Origin: Chiloscyllium plagiosum
Taxonomy: Eukaryota
NCBI RefSeq assembly: GCF_004010195.1
Contig: NC_057719.1
Span: forward strand, 10,481,466 to 10,545,465
Length of the DNA stretch: 64,000 nt
Direction of reading: 5' to 3'
Shown here one piece after another: positions 24,485 through 38,350 of the stretch. The notes below the pieces were generated by a model, which saw only the letters and a list, made by a program, of their open reading frames with translations, ran no database searches and had not been told where the DNA came from. Made by a program: the position numbers and the translations under genes. Position 1 is the stretch's first letter, and each line of letters begins with the position of its first letter.

Positions 24485-26239
24485 TTATTGAATTCAGTAA
24501 GTTAAGGTATTTCTTTGTTTTGTAAAATATTGTTACATTACTGCAATTCATTTGTTAAGTGCCAGAAGTACATAGCATACAAAAATCTCCTGTTTTACTA
24601 CACTAAAATGTGCATCCTTATTTCACTGTAGGTACAATAACATTATACTCTAAAATATGACTTATTAATTATCTTATAAAATGTAGGTGAATGCTTTTAA
24701 GGCTACAATATCTAACCAACTTCTTTAATCTAATGTACCCATCACTGGGATTAATTACTGCTACTCAGACTAAATACCAAAATTCTGGTTTTATTCATGA
24801 AAGTGTAATTTCAGAGCCTGCAGACATTGTGGCTCTAGTATTTTCTAATCCTGGAGTTTTTCCTATTTTAAGTGTGGTTCATAAATTTGCATTTGGCAAT
24901 GACACCATGAAATACGGAATGTGCATGCATGTGTGAAGTTCCTAGTAATATAACCCAGTGTAAAAGCTGACCTATTAGTGACTATTTAACTAGTGTCAAT
25001 TGTCATTTTAAAAATTCCAGTTCACTGATGTTCTTTAGGGAAGGACACCTGCTGTAATTACCCAGTGCGACCTGAAGGCCATCCAGATCTATAGCAATGT
25101 AATCAATTCTTAACTGACCTTTGGGCAATGAGGGATGGATAATAAACCATAAACCAGTATTACAAACCAGCCATTCAGCCAACCAAGCTAACCATAGCAA
25201 TAGATGAATGAATAAATAAATAGATAAACCCAAAATGGAATATTAACCAGGGTGCAGTTATCCAACTAGTTTTGCATCGATGCAAAACTGACCTGAATGA
25301 ATATATGAAAGTCAAACTGTGCCTCTGACTTTTAGGTCTATTACAGTGGAAGGTGTCAAGATTGTTTTAGACATCGTGTGAGGAACAGATTAAAAATATG
25401 CATTTGGATTACCACTCTGAGGCAGGAGAACCCAGGAGGCAGAAAACTTCACTACACTTGGGCATTTACAGTTCTGCTGCAGGTGTACTGTGAGCCTATA
25501 ATGTATATATACCTTAAATAATCAATTCCTAAATGCAAAACTCTCACAAAAGTGAAATAGAGACATGTGCGTACAGATCTCTTTTGGTCAGACAATCACA
25601 CATAGGCAGTCAAAGAAAAAAAAGGGGTAAAGTGAGATGTTTGCTATTTGCTGATATTTTTTAACCACTGAAGGTTAATTGACACCCGAATGTAATTCTA
25701 CTCTGTCCAGCTGGACAATGGTTAATGAAACTACAACCTTAGTTACCCGAGCAGTTGATTTTATGTGCAACAACATCATGATAGATGGTTTTTGCTGGAA
25801 AGAAAAACATTTCAAAATAAAAAGCTGCAGAAATCACGTTATTTGTGGCATTTGCCTTCCACATAATTTGGTTCAAGCCTGGAGTTGTTAATAAAGCAAT
25901 TTCTGTAGTATTTAAAGAAGAGTGTTTATTCCAATTGGTCAAACCCTTCTGAAAATATTGATAAGTTTTACATTAGCTCAACTATTCTCAGCCTTTGTGG
26001 TCAAGTCAGAAAGTGTCAACAGTCAACATTTGTAGAAGCCTTTCATGCTACAGAGGAAATCCATGATTATATCAAGGAAACCAATAAAATTGTTCCTTTG
26101 GTTCAAATATTCTGGACATTCAAACATTGTGAAAGAGAGTCATGAAGTCGGAGGTTTAGTCGTGAACTCAAGGTTGAAATACCCAACTGAGAAAAAAAAC
26201 AGTTGTATAAGTTTACACATTTGCACTGGGGGTGTAGGG

Positions 26240-26442
26240 GGGTCATTTAGCTGGACAGCAGGTTTGAGAAGCAGAATAGCACCAACAGCATGGGTTCAGT
26301 TCCTGTACTGGCTGAGCTTATCATGAAAGATTCTCCTTCCCAATCTCGCCCTTCATTTGAGATGTGAATTAAACCATCAGTAGTTGCCTCTCTCAAATGA
26401 GATAGCTGCCCCTCAGTACAGTCGGACTATGGAAACTTTATC
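26240..26442 (+). mobile_element. Decayed tRNA-SINE, unnamed family
   Basis: TAGCT...GGGTTCAGTTCC head; related copy at ~33515-33720. Confidence 0.45.
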
Positions 26443-27669
26443 ATTCATATCACGTATTTATATATATTATTGTTTCCTTTCTAAAGTTGGTATTCTTGCA
26501 TTCCAGTACTGATAACTGCAAGGCAATAGAAACTTTGATTGAATTTTGCCAATGTCTCATTTTAACAATGTTTAAGTTATGTTCTGCCAAGCAATAATTT
26601 CCATGCATGCTTCTATTGCCATAGGTAAAAAAATTTCTAGCTACATATCATGTCTCTGATTGTGTCCTCCGTTATTGATAGCCAGCCTTGCAACAATATC
26701 TGTTCGACATTCCATCAGCATGCATCAACATAACAATGTAATTACGTTCTAAACAAGCATTTGCAAATGACAGGTTTAAAATGTTTAGATCAAGTAAACT
26801 GAAGATTCAGCAACACTTCCCAATTTATATTGAGTTGGTATGCACACAATAAAGAACTGTCAAATATTTATGTCATCCACAGAACCTCTACCCATTAAAA
26901 GAAAGTAAATATCAGAGATAAATAGCCTATTAATTATAAGTAAGGCTAATGATGAACTTCTGCTATCCTCTGAGACTCAATATCGATGCCAAGATTAACA
27001 GAAGACCAGCGATGATGGAATAAAAATATTTGCCATCCAATTTATCCTCCTCCTTATTTTAGTGTTCCTGCACATGGCTCAGTAGCCTAGTAATCCTGGC
27101 CCATTAGACCATCATACGTGTGTGTGGGCCAAGACTACGAATCGCTGTAGGCGATAGGACTTAACAGCTGCCTTAAGCTAGTTCTCAGCAATTCTGTACA
27201 ATGGCCTTGATTGTTCAATAACCATTCTCACCTGGATTAACAGCTGCTCTGCAAGTTTTTTTTTACACTAAAAGACTCTGAGAAGAAATTACATCGTAAA
27301 AATATGAACAGTTATGTTGGCAATAAATACTATTGGTCCTTTAAACATTTCATTTTGATATTGCGCACTCCAAGTCAATACCAAAATAAGAGCAAGTGAA
27401 TTATTCATGCAAGACATTCCTTATCAAACTGATGACAAGTTTAGGTTTGCTATCCTTGAAGCACGTCTTTAGCTCATAAACCATGGAAACAGAAGCAAAA
27501 AGGGGTAAAAAGGTAAATCTCGGGTTCATACAGTTCCTTTGGGTTTTTCCATTCTCTCTGCCATGAGGTACTAAATGAACTACTTGGATGATTCCAATGA
27601 AAGGTCAAATCAATCATTTCCCTCCATTTTCTCTTAGAGACAAAACTACAAAGACTGCTGGACTGCAGC

Positions 27670-28200
27670 ATATTGAGAGAGGGTTGTATAGCTGGACGAG
27701 TAATCCAGAAGCCAACTGCATGTATGATCCGGAGCCATCGGTTCAACTCCCATCAAGCCAAAGAGAATTTAAATTCAGTTAATTATGGAAATCTGGAATA
27801 AAAAATTGGCAGCAGCCAAAGCAACTGTGAGGTCTACCACAGTGCCATCAAAACCCAACGCGTTGAATAAAGCTTTTTCAGAAAAGAAACCTACAGTGCT
27901 AATCTTGTTTATCTGCTAGGTAACTCCAGAGCCAACAGTAATACAATTGACTTATAATTGCCCTTTGAAATGGTCTGGTGTATACAAGCAGAAGGCTGGA
28001 AGAACACAGCAAGCCAGGCAGAAGAAGGTGGAGAAGTCAACATTTCGGGAGTAACCCTTCTTCAGGAAGATCTAGCAAACCATTAATGCTGCCTAAACTG
28101 TTGGCACAAAATTTCAAAGAGGTGACACACCACCTTCTCAAGGACAGTTAGGGATGAGCAATAAATGCGTGTTTACCAGTGATGCTCTGATCACAGAATA
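27670..28200 (+). mobile_element. Decayed MetaSINE-like element split by a PLE mini-element (~27980-28068, minus)
   Basis: AATTTAAATTCA...CTTATAATTGCCC body; insert carries CUGAAGA A GGG-UUACU-CCC GAAAUGUU at 28037-28067. Confidence 0.6.
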
Positions 28201-28294
28201 GTTATAAGCACATAAGGCCAGTCAGCCATTGTGTCTACGCTGGCTCTCCTACTGAGCAACACACTCAATGCCATTCACCTACCCTTTGTCATAA

Positions 28295-28930
28295 TTGTCA
28301 TTTATCTCAAGAGGGTTGGAATGTAAAAGCAGCGATGTGCTACTGAGACTTTGTGAAGCTCTGGTTAGGCCCTATTTAGAATACTATGTCCAGTTTTGGG
28401 CCCCACACTTCAGGAAGGACATACTGCCACTGGAGCCTATCCAGTGGAGATTCACACAGACGATCCCTGGAATGGAAAGTCTAACATAGGACGAATGGCT
28501 GAGGATCCTGGGATTGTATTCATTAGAGTTTAGAAGGTTGTGGGGAGACCTAATAGAAACTTACAAGATAATGCATGGCTTAGAAAGGGTGGACACTGGG
28601 AATTTGCTTCCATCCAGTGGGGATACTAGGACCTGAGGGCACAGCCTTAGAATTAGAGGGGGTCAATCTAAAATGAAAATGAGGAGACATTTCTTCAGCC
28701 AGAGAGCGATGGGCCTGTGGAATTCATTGCCACGGAACGCAGTGGAGGCCGGAATGTTAAATGTCTTTAACGCAGAGATTGATAAATTCTTAATTCCACA
28801 AGGAATTAAGGGACATGGGCAGAGTGCGGGTAAGTGGCGTTGAAATGCCTTTCAGCCATGATTGAATGGTGGAGTGGTCTCGATGGGTCGAATGTCCTTA
28901 CTTCCGCTCATATGTCTTATGGTCTTATAA
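28295..28930 (+). mobile_element. CR1 LINE 3' fragment (second subfamily)
   Basis: ALVRPYLEYYVQFWAPH motif; TCTTATGG tail. Confidence 0.85.
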
Positions 28931-29299
28931 TCCTGCACATTCTTCCTTTACAGATAATGACTCAAGTTCCTCCAATATCTCAAGTCATCCTGACTCATCA
29001 TTTTCTTCGGTAGTGTATCCCAGATCCCAACCACTCACCGAGTTAGAAAGATTCAGTCTCATGTCTCCTTTGCTTATATTGCCAGTTACTTTAAATCCAT
29101 GTGCTCTCATTCACCATCCTTCTTCCAGCAGAAACAGTTTTTCACTATCTACTCTGCCCAGACTGCACATGAGTTTCTATCATTTCTCCTCTCAGGTTTC
29201 TCGGCTCCAAGAAAAAACAGAGACCTAACTTTCTCAAGTTATTTACCTAACTTATCACCCATTAATCAACGTTCTGAAGTTGCCATTGAGTAAAAAGTC

Positions 29300-29915
29300 A
29301 ACTGGATTCACCACCAAAATACAGTGGCCACAAGAACAGGTCAAAGGCCGGGAATAGAGGGGCAATCAACTCACCTCCTGACCACCAAAGCCTATCCACC
29401 ATCTACAAGGCACAGGTCCATAGTGGAATGGAATACGAACCACTTACTTAGATGGGTGCAGCTCCAATAACACTCAAGAAACTCGACGCTATCCCAAACA
29501 AAACAGCCCGCTTGCCTGGCAGCACATCCACAAACATCCACTCCCTCTACCACTGACGCTCACTAGCAGAAGTGTGTACTATCTGCAAGATGCATTTCAG
29601 AAATTCACCAAAGATCCTTAGACAGCAACTTCCAAACCCATGATTGCTTCCATCTTGAAGAACAGAGCAGCAGCTTCATGGGAACACCACCACCTGCAAG
29701 TTCCCCACTGAGCCACTCACCATCCTAACTTGGAAATACATCGCCATTCCTTCACATTCGCTGGATCAAAATTCTGGAATTCCCTCCCTATTGGCATTGT
29801 GGATCTACCTACAGCATGTAGACCACAGTAATTCAAGAAAGCAGTTCACCATCACCTTCTCAACTAGGAGCATAAATACCGGCAGGCCAGTAACGTCCAC
29901 ATCCCATGATTGAAT
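29300..29915 (+). mobile_element. CR1/L2-group LINE 3' fragment
   Basis: TIYKAQV...WNSLP-like coding remnant; 3' end resembles the MetaSINE-like tail. Confidence 0.8.
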
Positions 29916-30336
29916 TAACGAAAAGTTCCTCATCTCTGGAATCACTCCAGTGGACCATCCTTTGAGTGAATTTTTTTAATAAAAAGAATGAGCTGGAGTC
30001 AATGCAAACTTTGCAGGCCGTTAAGACCACAAGATATAGAAGCAGACGTAGACCATTCTGCCCATCGAGTTTGCTCTACCATTCAATGAGGCTGATAATC
30101 CTTAATTCTACTTTCTGCCTTTTTCTTATAACACTGGATCTCCTAACTGATTAAAAATCTGTCCATCTCATGAATATAATTAAGGACCCAGCCTCAATAC
30201 CTGAAAGAATTCCATAGATTCACAACCCTCTGAGAAAACAGATTCCTCCTATCTTCTGTCCAGATCCTGATCTAATGGAATACCTCCTGTCATTCCTAAA
30301 TGCAAGAGGTGATTATTTTTGTTTCAAACCAAAGGG

Positions 30337-31085
30337 TTAGTGTAGTGGCTCAGTGGTTAGCACTGTAGCCTCTCAGCACCTGGGAACCTGGTTCGATCCC
30401 AGACTTGGGTAACTGTCTGCATGAAGTTTGTGTGTGTGTGTGTTCCTCCCACAGTCCAAAGACGTGCAGGCCATGCTAAATTGCCCACATTGGTCAGGGA
30501 TGTGTAGGTTAGGTACATTAGTCAGGGGCAAATGTAGTGTAGCAGGGGAATTGGGATACAGCATGGAAACAGACCCTTCGGTCCAACCCGTCCATGCCGA
30601 CCAGATATCCCAACCCAATCTAGTCCCACCTGCCAGCACCCAGCCCATATCCCTCCGAACCCTTCCTATTCATATACCCATCCAACTGTCTCTTAAATGT
30701 TGCAATTGTACCAGCCTTCCTCTAGCAGCTCATTCTATACACGTACCACCCTCTGCATGAAAAAAATGCCCCGTAGGTCTCTTTTATATCTTTCCCCTCT
30801 CACCCTAAACCTATGCCCTCTAGTTCTGAACTCCCCGACACCAGGGAAAAGACTTTGTCTATTTATCCTATCCATGCCCCTCATAATTTTGTAAACCTGC
30901 ATAGGATCACCCCTCAGCCTCTGACGCTCCAGGGAAAACAGCCCCAGCCTGTTCAGCCTCTCCTTATAGGTCAAATCCTCCAACCCTGGCAACATCCTTG
31001 TAAATCTTTTCTGAACCCTTTCAAGGTTGGTGTGGACTTGCTGCCCCGAAGAGCCTGTTTCCACACTGTAACGATTCTATGATTC
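30337..31085 (+). mobile_element. V-SINE interrupted by an antisense HER1 LINE
   Basis: SINE 30337-30552 resumes at 31026-31085. Confidence 0.8.
30553..31025 (-). mobile_element. HER1-type CR1 3' fragment
   Basis: ORF 30735-31064 ERVQKRFTRMLPGLEDL... Confidence 0.9.
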
Positions 31086-31242
31086 CAAGGTGTATTCTTA
31101 AAAAGAAAACTACCCAATTATTGTCTCTTAACAAAAATCAAATCAAGGTTCTTCTACCTCAAGGTGATGGGCTTTCCAATGCTTGATGCTGCACTCCCTG
31201 CCGCGCCTCGCCATCACTCCTCCACCCCCCCCCACTTCTTAC

Positions 31243-31470
31243 CCGCGGGATCGGGAGCGCGCTACCCGGGCGCTCCAGTCACGCGCCGGGAGCGCGCTCC
31301 GTAGAAAACACAAACACAAGCAGACCACCGGCGGGCCCGAGACAGGCAGCATCGCCCACTCCACTGAGGAAAGAAATGATGCAGCAGACAGAGGTAGGAA
31401 AGCTGCAGACGTGCACCTTTGACAGAAAGCTACCCACTCCCCCACCCACCCCTCGGGGGCACGCTGCATC
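31243..31470 (-). promoter_or_regulatory. CpG-rich candidate alternative non-coding first exon
   Basis: Local CpG cluster 31180-31480 ending in a strong donor CGG|GTAAGA; the 5' end is a guess. Confidence 0.4.
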
Positions 31471-32310
31471 CGAATAGGAAAACACATAGACCAAAACTAA
31501 ACATCCAGGTCCCCTCCACTTGAGAGTTTTTTTGGGGGGGGAGGGGGCGCACCTTTCCTCCCAAGCCCAGAGTTCCTCATTGCCAAACATTCCCATAAAG
31601 TTTTCACTGAACCGTGTCCCGCTGTTCCCAAAAATGTGAAGCAGACGGATTCAACCCGAAAGACCACCGCCTCCCTTCCCCTGACTTCACCCCCCGAATT
31701 CCCCTATTCCCTCTCTGAGATTTGTCGAGAAAGAGCCAGTTCTCTCGGTGGTGGGATACCCGACCGAGGCCGAATGTCAACTTTTGCATATATTTTCCTC
31801 TCTGTACGGGGGGGGAGCTGAAGACACTGGACTGGATCGAAGACAAAATATAGGCATCTACTATGGTCAGACCCTGAATGGCCTGTACACTTAGAGCTGC
31901 CGGAGTGGCTCAGAGACCCATTCTATCCGCCCGATTGTATCACACTTTTACCCGGGCTGAGCTTCTGTGGTGCAATGGTCATGTCGCTACTTCTAAACAA
32001 GGCAGACTGGGTTCAAGTCTCACCTCCTTCACAAAGCATATAATACCATCCCTGAGTTAGCCGATCCGGTAAATATCGACTGCTCACATTTAAGGCTATT
32101 TCGCTGTCCCTCGCCTCCACAGCAAATGGTTTATCTTTTTATATATATACATATATATATATTAAAAACCCATCATTAATGGCAACTCCCTGCAGGCTAT
32201 AATTTTATGTACAGCTTGTGAAATGAATATTAGATCACATCACGGCCTGCCTGACTAGGTATTCTAAGTAATCATGTAGACACCAATATGTTCAAATGCA
32301 CTATTTGAAT

Positions 32311-32410
32311 CTGAAGATGGGTCACTGGACTCGAAACGTTAACCTTGCCTTTTCCCACAGATGCTGCCAGACCTGCTGAGGTTCTCCTGCAATTTCGATT
32401 TTTGGATTTT
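32311..32410 (+). mobile_element. PLE family-4 mini-element starting at a hammerhead core
   Basis: CUGAAGA U GGGUC-ACUG-GACUC GAAACGUU AAC, then CAGATGCTGCCAGACCTGCTGAG tail. Confidence 0.75.
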
Positions 32411-34079
32411 TTCCCCCTCTGCCTGAGAACCGCTCTGCCTCTTTGAAATAAAAAAAAAGTTACGCTTCAACGACTCGACGGTACACTCTTCCCCCTCCCC
32501 AAGAAACAATTTCTGCCATTTCACCAGCTGCGTTGCATTTTTGTTTTTTGTTTTTTGCGAACACTGACATTTAGCGCTCACGAGAAGCCAAGTACAATTA
32601 AATTTCATCTTCTGTGATAGAGATGCAAAATCGACGCTGGGTTGCTGGGGAGGGTGAGATGGTGAATACGCCGTCGACAAAGCTTTTCAATATGGTTAAA
32701 TCCTTGTTTGGGGGGTGGTGTGGGACTCAGTCTACGTGTTATTTTGTTACCCCCCTCCAACCCCTCCTTCCAATCTGATTAAATAATCGGCGTTTGCTAA
32801 ACATTCCGATTTAAAACGGCGAGAGTGAAACCAGATGTGTACAGACAACACACTGGAGAGCGCACACACACTGGGGCGTTCACTTGATAGCCCCAAACAT
32901 ACACAACCATAATTCAAAGGCTATTTCGTTAACTTCAGACATTGTGTATCATCGCTGCCCGCTAACTAACCCTAACGCCTACCCCCAACAGTGGAATTCT
33001 AAAACTTAGTCATCCATAAACCCGGAGTAATTCGCAAAATATGCCCAGCCAATACTTGTTTTAAAAAAAAACAAAAATACTCCCAGACGATGCAATTTAA
33101 TCCTTCTGAACCCCTTCTCCCCTCCCGCACCATTTCCAGTTCAGCTAATATCGGCCCTAAATAAAAGCAGACCAACTTTTCATTAAAGTCTGAGGCAATT
33201 CAGAAATGTATTGTTGCAACAAAAAAAGGGTGTAGTTGTGGTCGAGTGTCCCTCCCTCTCAGCTAGGGGTCTCAGGTTGAAGTGCCACCTGCTCCCGACC
33301 TACGTTGTAACATCTCTGAATAGGGAAAATTGGGGGGGGGGGGGGGGAAGAGAAATGAACACAGAGAGGGGCGAAAGAACACAGGCTCCCAGGGGTGGAG
33401 GTCAGCACATGGCAGTGGGAAAGGGGCGTTTGGAAGAGGGGGTTAACGATTATAGCGGCACATCCCCAGCGGATGGACAGGATCTATCCCGGGAATCTCG
33501 CACTTACCCTCTAACCTCACTTGGAGATCGGTTGGGTGGTTGAGTGAAGCCAAGTGTGGGTTCAACTCTGAACTTCACCGGCTGAAGTTACCATGGAGGA
33601 CTTTCCTACTCAACCTCTCCCCTGCCCTGAGGTTAGCCCTCAGGATTAACCACCGGCAATTGTGTCTTCCACCCCCCAAATAACAGAGAAGCCCTATGGG
33701 CTGGGAAGACTCCTATGTTATTAGGAGGAAGGATTTCTATCATGGAGAAGATCCCGCTGTTTACAAATGAAGACTTAAACGGGCACACACACACAAAACC
33801 AAATATTCCACCTCTGTTTGCAATCCTGGTGCTGTTGCCCGCACTGTTTTGTCTCAGTTTCTGTTTATTATGTCGGCATATTATTCTCTGTCCATCTCCT
33901 ATCTCTCTCTCTCTCTCTCTGGATATGGCTATAAATGCCCACTTTAATCTTTCACTGCGTAAACGTTTCGGTACCTCGTTCAATTTCCAGCTGCAATTTT
34001 TGCAACAATTTCAAAATAAAAGAGCTCAAGCTCCAGGTGTGAATCTCCCGAAAAAACAAAACGCAAACATTTTCCTGCA

Positions 34080-36120
34080 TCGAAATATGAAAAGCGCACG
34101 AGTGTTCGGGGGGTGGGTGGGGGGTTCTGAGAATAAATAGGGGATGGCCGGGAGGGGGAAGGGGGGGATGGTGGCGAAGAACTGATCCAGTTTTAATTCC
34201 CGCACACTTGTATGGCAGAACGCGGAGCAACTTTAAAGCGCGCAGGCAGGAATTTAAAAATAAAACAAATAAAACAAGTCAGAAAGAGCCGGCGACGCAT
34301 CCGCGATAAAGTTGGCTTGACCTCTGTCAATGATCACCAAGGGCGAAACGAGAACACCCCCCCCCCTCCCACACACACTACCACCACCCCTTAACCACGA
34401 CCCCCGGAGGGAAAGTTGATGCAATTTTCGCCCCCACACCATCACGTTTTACTATGGCACGCTGTCGGGTTTTTTTCCCCCCAGACCAGATGATTTGTGT
34501 AACATTTGGCGCGATTGTAAACCAGGTTCGGTCGCCTGGGGGGGGGGGGGGTGCTAACGGCGCCGTGGACTGGGTTCTATCAAGGAGAAAGAAGCTAAAA
34601 CGGATGTGTGTGTGTGAGAGAGAGTGATACAGTCAGACTGACAATCACTGAATTGTTACAGCGTACACTGAGACCATTCGGCCCACACTGACCGCACCGT
34701 TTCTATTCCCTGGTGCCAACCTTCTGCTTTCCTCCCAAATCTAGCATCAAACATCACTATATCTGTAACAAAATAAAACACACAAAAACACGCTGTCTGG
34801 TTTAGCTTCAGCTTTCCAGCATCCACAGCTCTCTGCTCATCCACTGCTTTCTTCCGCTCCCAGCCCTTACTACATCCCATGTATTTTCTTAAAGTCTGAT
34901 CTCATTTGCCGCCTCTTTCTGAATTTCTCCTACACAAGTCCCTCGATTAATCGCGAAAGGCTGAAAGCTCTGCACTTTAAGATAGATCACTTGGCCCCCG
35001 GCAGGTCAACGTAATCGGAGTGTGCGGTCGATATGATGACTGGGATCCACGCCGACCTTACTTTGCAGTGTCACCGGGAGGGGGCTAACGAATATCGTTA
35101 TTGCTTAACACACAGTCCGTCCCCACACTTTCAACAAAACCAACTAAACACAGCAGCAAATCTCTCCCCCTCCACAGGCGCTGGCTGACCTGCTGACAAT
35201 TCCAGGCAATGGTCTTACATTTCAGACTTGAAGCTGCAATCTGTTCATTCTGGGGAGGCAGAAAATGTCACAACTTTCAAGCCAGGGCTGCCCCACATAA
35301 TCAAGTGACTCCAATTGCACCCCACCCACCCCAAAAGGTATTCGATTGTCCACTTCAGTCGCAGGCTAGAATTTAACACTGGTGCCTTATCCCCAGACAA
35401 CACGAGAAAACGCCAGTGCACGAACCGGCTGGTTAAGTGCAAGCAGAAAGAATTTCATTTCATTTCCTCTATCCCAAAATCGTACCTTGCAGGACTTGTC
35501 CCGGACAGACCTTCACTCTCACACGCACACATGCACAGATACACAAGTCAAATCCGATTCCCTCCGTTAAATCCCTTCCGATGGCGAGATCGATTCCGAG
35601 TGGGGTTGAACGGCTGGAGATGTCCCAGTAGCTGTGGGAGATACTGGCAGTTCAGCTACAGAGAGAGAGAGAGTGATGGGAACGAGAGAAGAAAAAAAAC
35701 CCGGCAGCCCTGCGCTCTCTCTCTCTTTCCCTGTGTGTATGTGTGTGTCTGTCTCTCCCTTCCCTTTCTGCTGCAGACTCCTCGCGTCACGATTCCCCCT
35801 CCCCGTCTTTGCCCTGATATTCCGGCTTATGGCAGCCCCTCGTCAAAGCAAGTCACAGTTTGGCATCTGCACACAGCGTCTAAACCCCGCCCTGCACACC
35901 GCCGACAGCACCATTTAAAAAGGAAACGGCCTTTTGCTTTCTGATGCTCTCCAGGCAGAGAGAGAATCTCCCTCCAGCCGGTCATATCAAAGCAGACGGC
36001 GGTGTAGAAATGTGCTGTTTATAATTTAAAAAAAAAAGTAAGTGGGAGGTGTGAGACAATTCGTTCATTTCCTGGGAAAGCTGTACATTTCATTACTGAA
36101 CGCAGCGAACAGTTTGAAAC
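34080..36120 (-). promoter_or_regulatory. CpG-island-like promoter with candidate exon 1 (~35486-35760)
   Basis: CpG retained against a depleted background; GC box CCCCGCCC 35885-35892; CRE half-sites CGTCA at 35785 and 35841; donor AAG|GTACGA at 35486. Confidence 0.5.
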
Positions 36121-36378
36121 GGGGTTCAAAGAATCAAGAGGTGGAATTGAATACTGAATGTTCACTTAGGAAGTTTGAAAGATGAGTTTGCTGGTCCTTC
36201 AGTTGCATCATAGTCGAGCGGTTCCCACAATTCACCTTAAATCCACATTGGATCCAGGGGGACAGAAGAGGAGCAAATCATTAGGCCCAGTCATGTCTGT
36301 TCCACCATTTATGGTTCTATCTCAATGTCATTCTGCTACCCTCCGCACCAATCCCCTCGTAATCCTTGGTTCCTTTAC

Positions 36379-36686
36379 TTAGATTACTTACAGTGTGGAA
36401 ACAGGCCCTACGGCCCAACAAGTCCACACCAACCCTCCGAAGAGCAGCCCACCCAGACCCATTCCCATACATTTACCCCTTCACCGAACACTATGGGCAA
36501 TTTAGCATGGCCAATTCACCTGACCTGCACATCTTTGGACAGTGGGAAGTAACCGGAGCACCCGGAGGAAACCCATGCAGACATGGGTAGAATGTGCAAA
36601 CTCCACAGAGACAGTGGCGGGAATTGAACCCGGGTCTCTGGCACTGTGAGGCAGCAGTGCTAACCACTGTGCCACCGTGCCACCCA
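36379..36686 (-). mobile_element. Young HE1-type V-SINE
   Basis: Near-consensus head GGGTGGCACGGTGGCACAGTGGTTAGC...GGTTCAATTCCC. Confidence 0.92.
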
Positions 36687-37051
36687 AAGTGTTTTCTTAA
36701 AGTCTGATCTCATTTGCCGCCTCTTTCTGAATTTCTCCTACACAAGTCCCTCAATAAATCGCGAAAGACTGCAAGCTCTGCACTTTAAGATAGATCACCG
36801 GAGGGAATCGAAGTGTCCAGAAATCTCTCTCTCTATTAAACATGTTCAGTGACTTGGCCTTCACAGCTATCTGTGGTAGAGAATTCCAAAGTTTCACAAA
36901 AAAATTACCCTCATCTCGGTCCTAACTGCCCTACCTCATATCCTGAGACCACAACCCTCCCCGAGTCCATAGACAGAGGAAGCATCATCCTATATTGAGT
37001 CTTCCACCTCCATCAAAATCTTATACATTTCCATAAGATTCCGTCTCATGA

Positions 37052-37390
37052 GGAGGTGATGGCCTAGTGGTATTACCGCCAGACATTAATCCAGAGCCAG
37101 GTAATGTTCTAGGGATCTTGGTCTCAACCACCCTTGGCAGATAGTGGAATTTGAATTCAATAAAAATCTGGAATTAAGGGTTTAATGATGACAACGAATC
37201 CATTGCCAATTGTTGGGAGGGATCCCATCTAGTTCACTAATGCCCTTTCGGGAAGGAAATCTGCCATCTTTACCTGACCTGGCCTACATGTGACCCAAGG
37301 CCCACAGCAATGTGGTTGACTTTTTACTGCCCTCTGGGCAATTAGTGATGGGCAATGACTGCTCCCCTAGTAAGTGACACGCACACCCCA
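37052..37390 (+). mobile_element. tRNA-SINE (SlmI/MetaSINE-like), near full length
   Basis: GATGGCCTAGTGG A-box; GTTCACTAATG...GGAAGGAAATCTGCC core; LINE-like tail. Confidence 0.8.
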
Positions 37391-38051
37391 CAAACCAAAA
37401 AAACCTTGTCAATCTAATCTCCTCTCAATGACAAACCTGTCATCCCAGGAATCAGTCTGGTGCATGCTCAGTGCAATCCCCGTGTAAAGATATGTCCTTT
37501 CTTATGTAAGGTGAAGATAACTGCACATGATATTCCAGGTGTAGTCTCACTAAGGCCCTAATCTGGCTGCATTAATGGATCATTGCTCTTGACACAAATC
37601 CTCTCCCAATGAAAAAACTGCAACATACCAATTGCCTTACTAATTACTTACTGAACAAGGGTGAGGCAGTTTAACTTGGGGACTTTGATTCACAGCTGAT
37701 TTGTGAACTAATTGCATGTGCCGCATATTCCCACTTTTTTTGGTGAACAAAAATCTATCAGTTTGAAAATTAAGTTGAACAACCGATCTTGCATCTACAT
37801 AAACAATTCCAGAAGTCTCAATATGACATGGTTAAGAGCAGGGATGCAAAGCTCATCTGTGTAAAATATGTGCATATACTCAATATATTTGACATTTCAT
37901 ACCCTAACAGGAATGGGTTTCAAACAAATGTCATCCTAACGAAATTTGTAGCATATCAGCCAACAAATTTTATTTATGTAGCCCTTGAACACAATATGAT
38001 TTCCCAATGCACTTCAGAGGGCAAGCCATAGCAAGATATATTAAGCCAACC

Positions 38052-38350
38052 AGATGAAAGTGAGGACTGCAGATGCTGGAGAGTCAGAGTTGAGAGTGTG
38101 GTGCTGGAAAAGCACAAGTCAGGCAGCATCTGACGAGCAGGAGAATCGACTTTTTGGGCAGAAGCCCTTCATCAGAAGGGGGCCGATGCAGAGGGTAACA
38201 GATTGACATTGAGATAGAACAATGCCAACTGACGGAACAGACATTACTTGGGCCTAATGATCTACTCCTCTTCTGTCCCCCTGGATCCAATGTGGATTTA
38301 AGGTGAGTGCATTGGATTGTGGGAACGGTTCAACAATGATGTGACTTCGT
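38052..38350 (-). mobile_element. Chimeric insertion: PLE family-1 mini-element plus captured local sequence
   Basis: 15-bp TSD TATATTAAGCCAACC (38037-38051 / 38351-38365). Confidence 0.8.

Noticed and set aside
35315..35944. 209-aa plus-strand ORF in the CpG region
   Set aside because: Non-ATG start, low-complexity dinucleotide translation and no recognisable domain; expected in GC-rich DNA.
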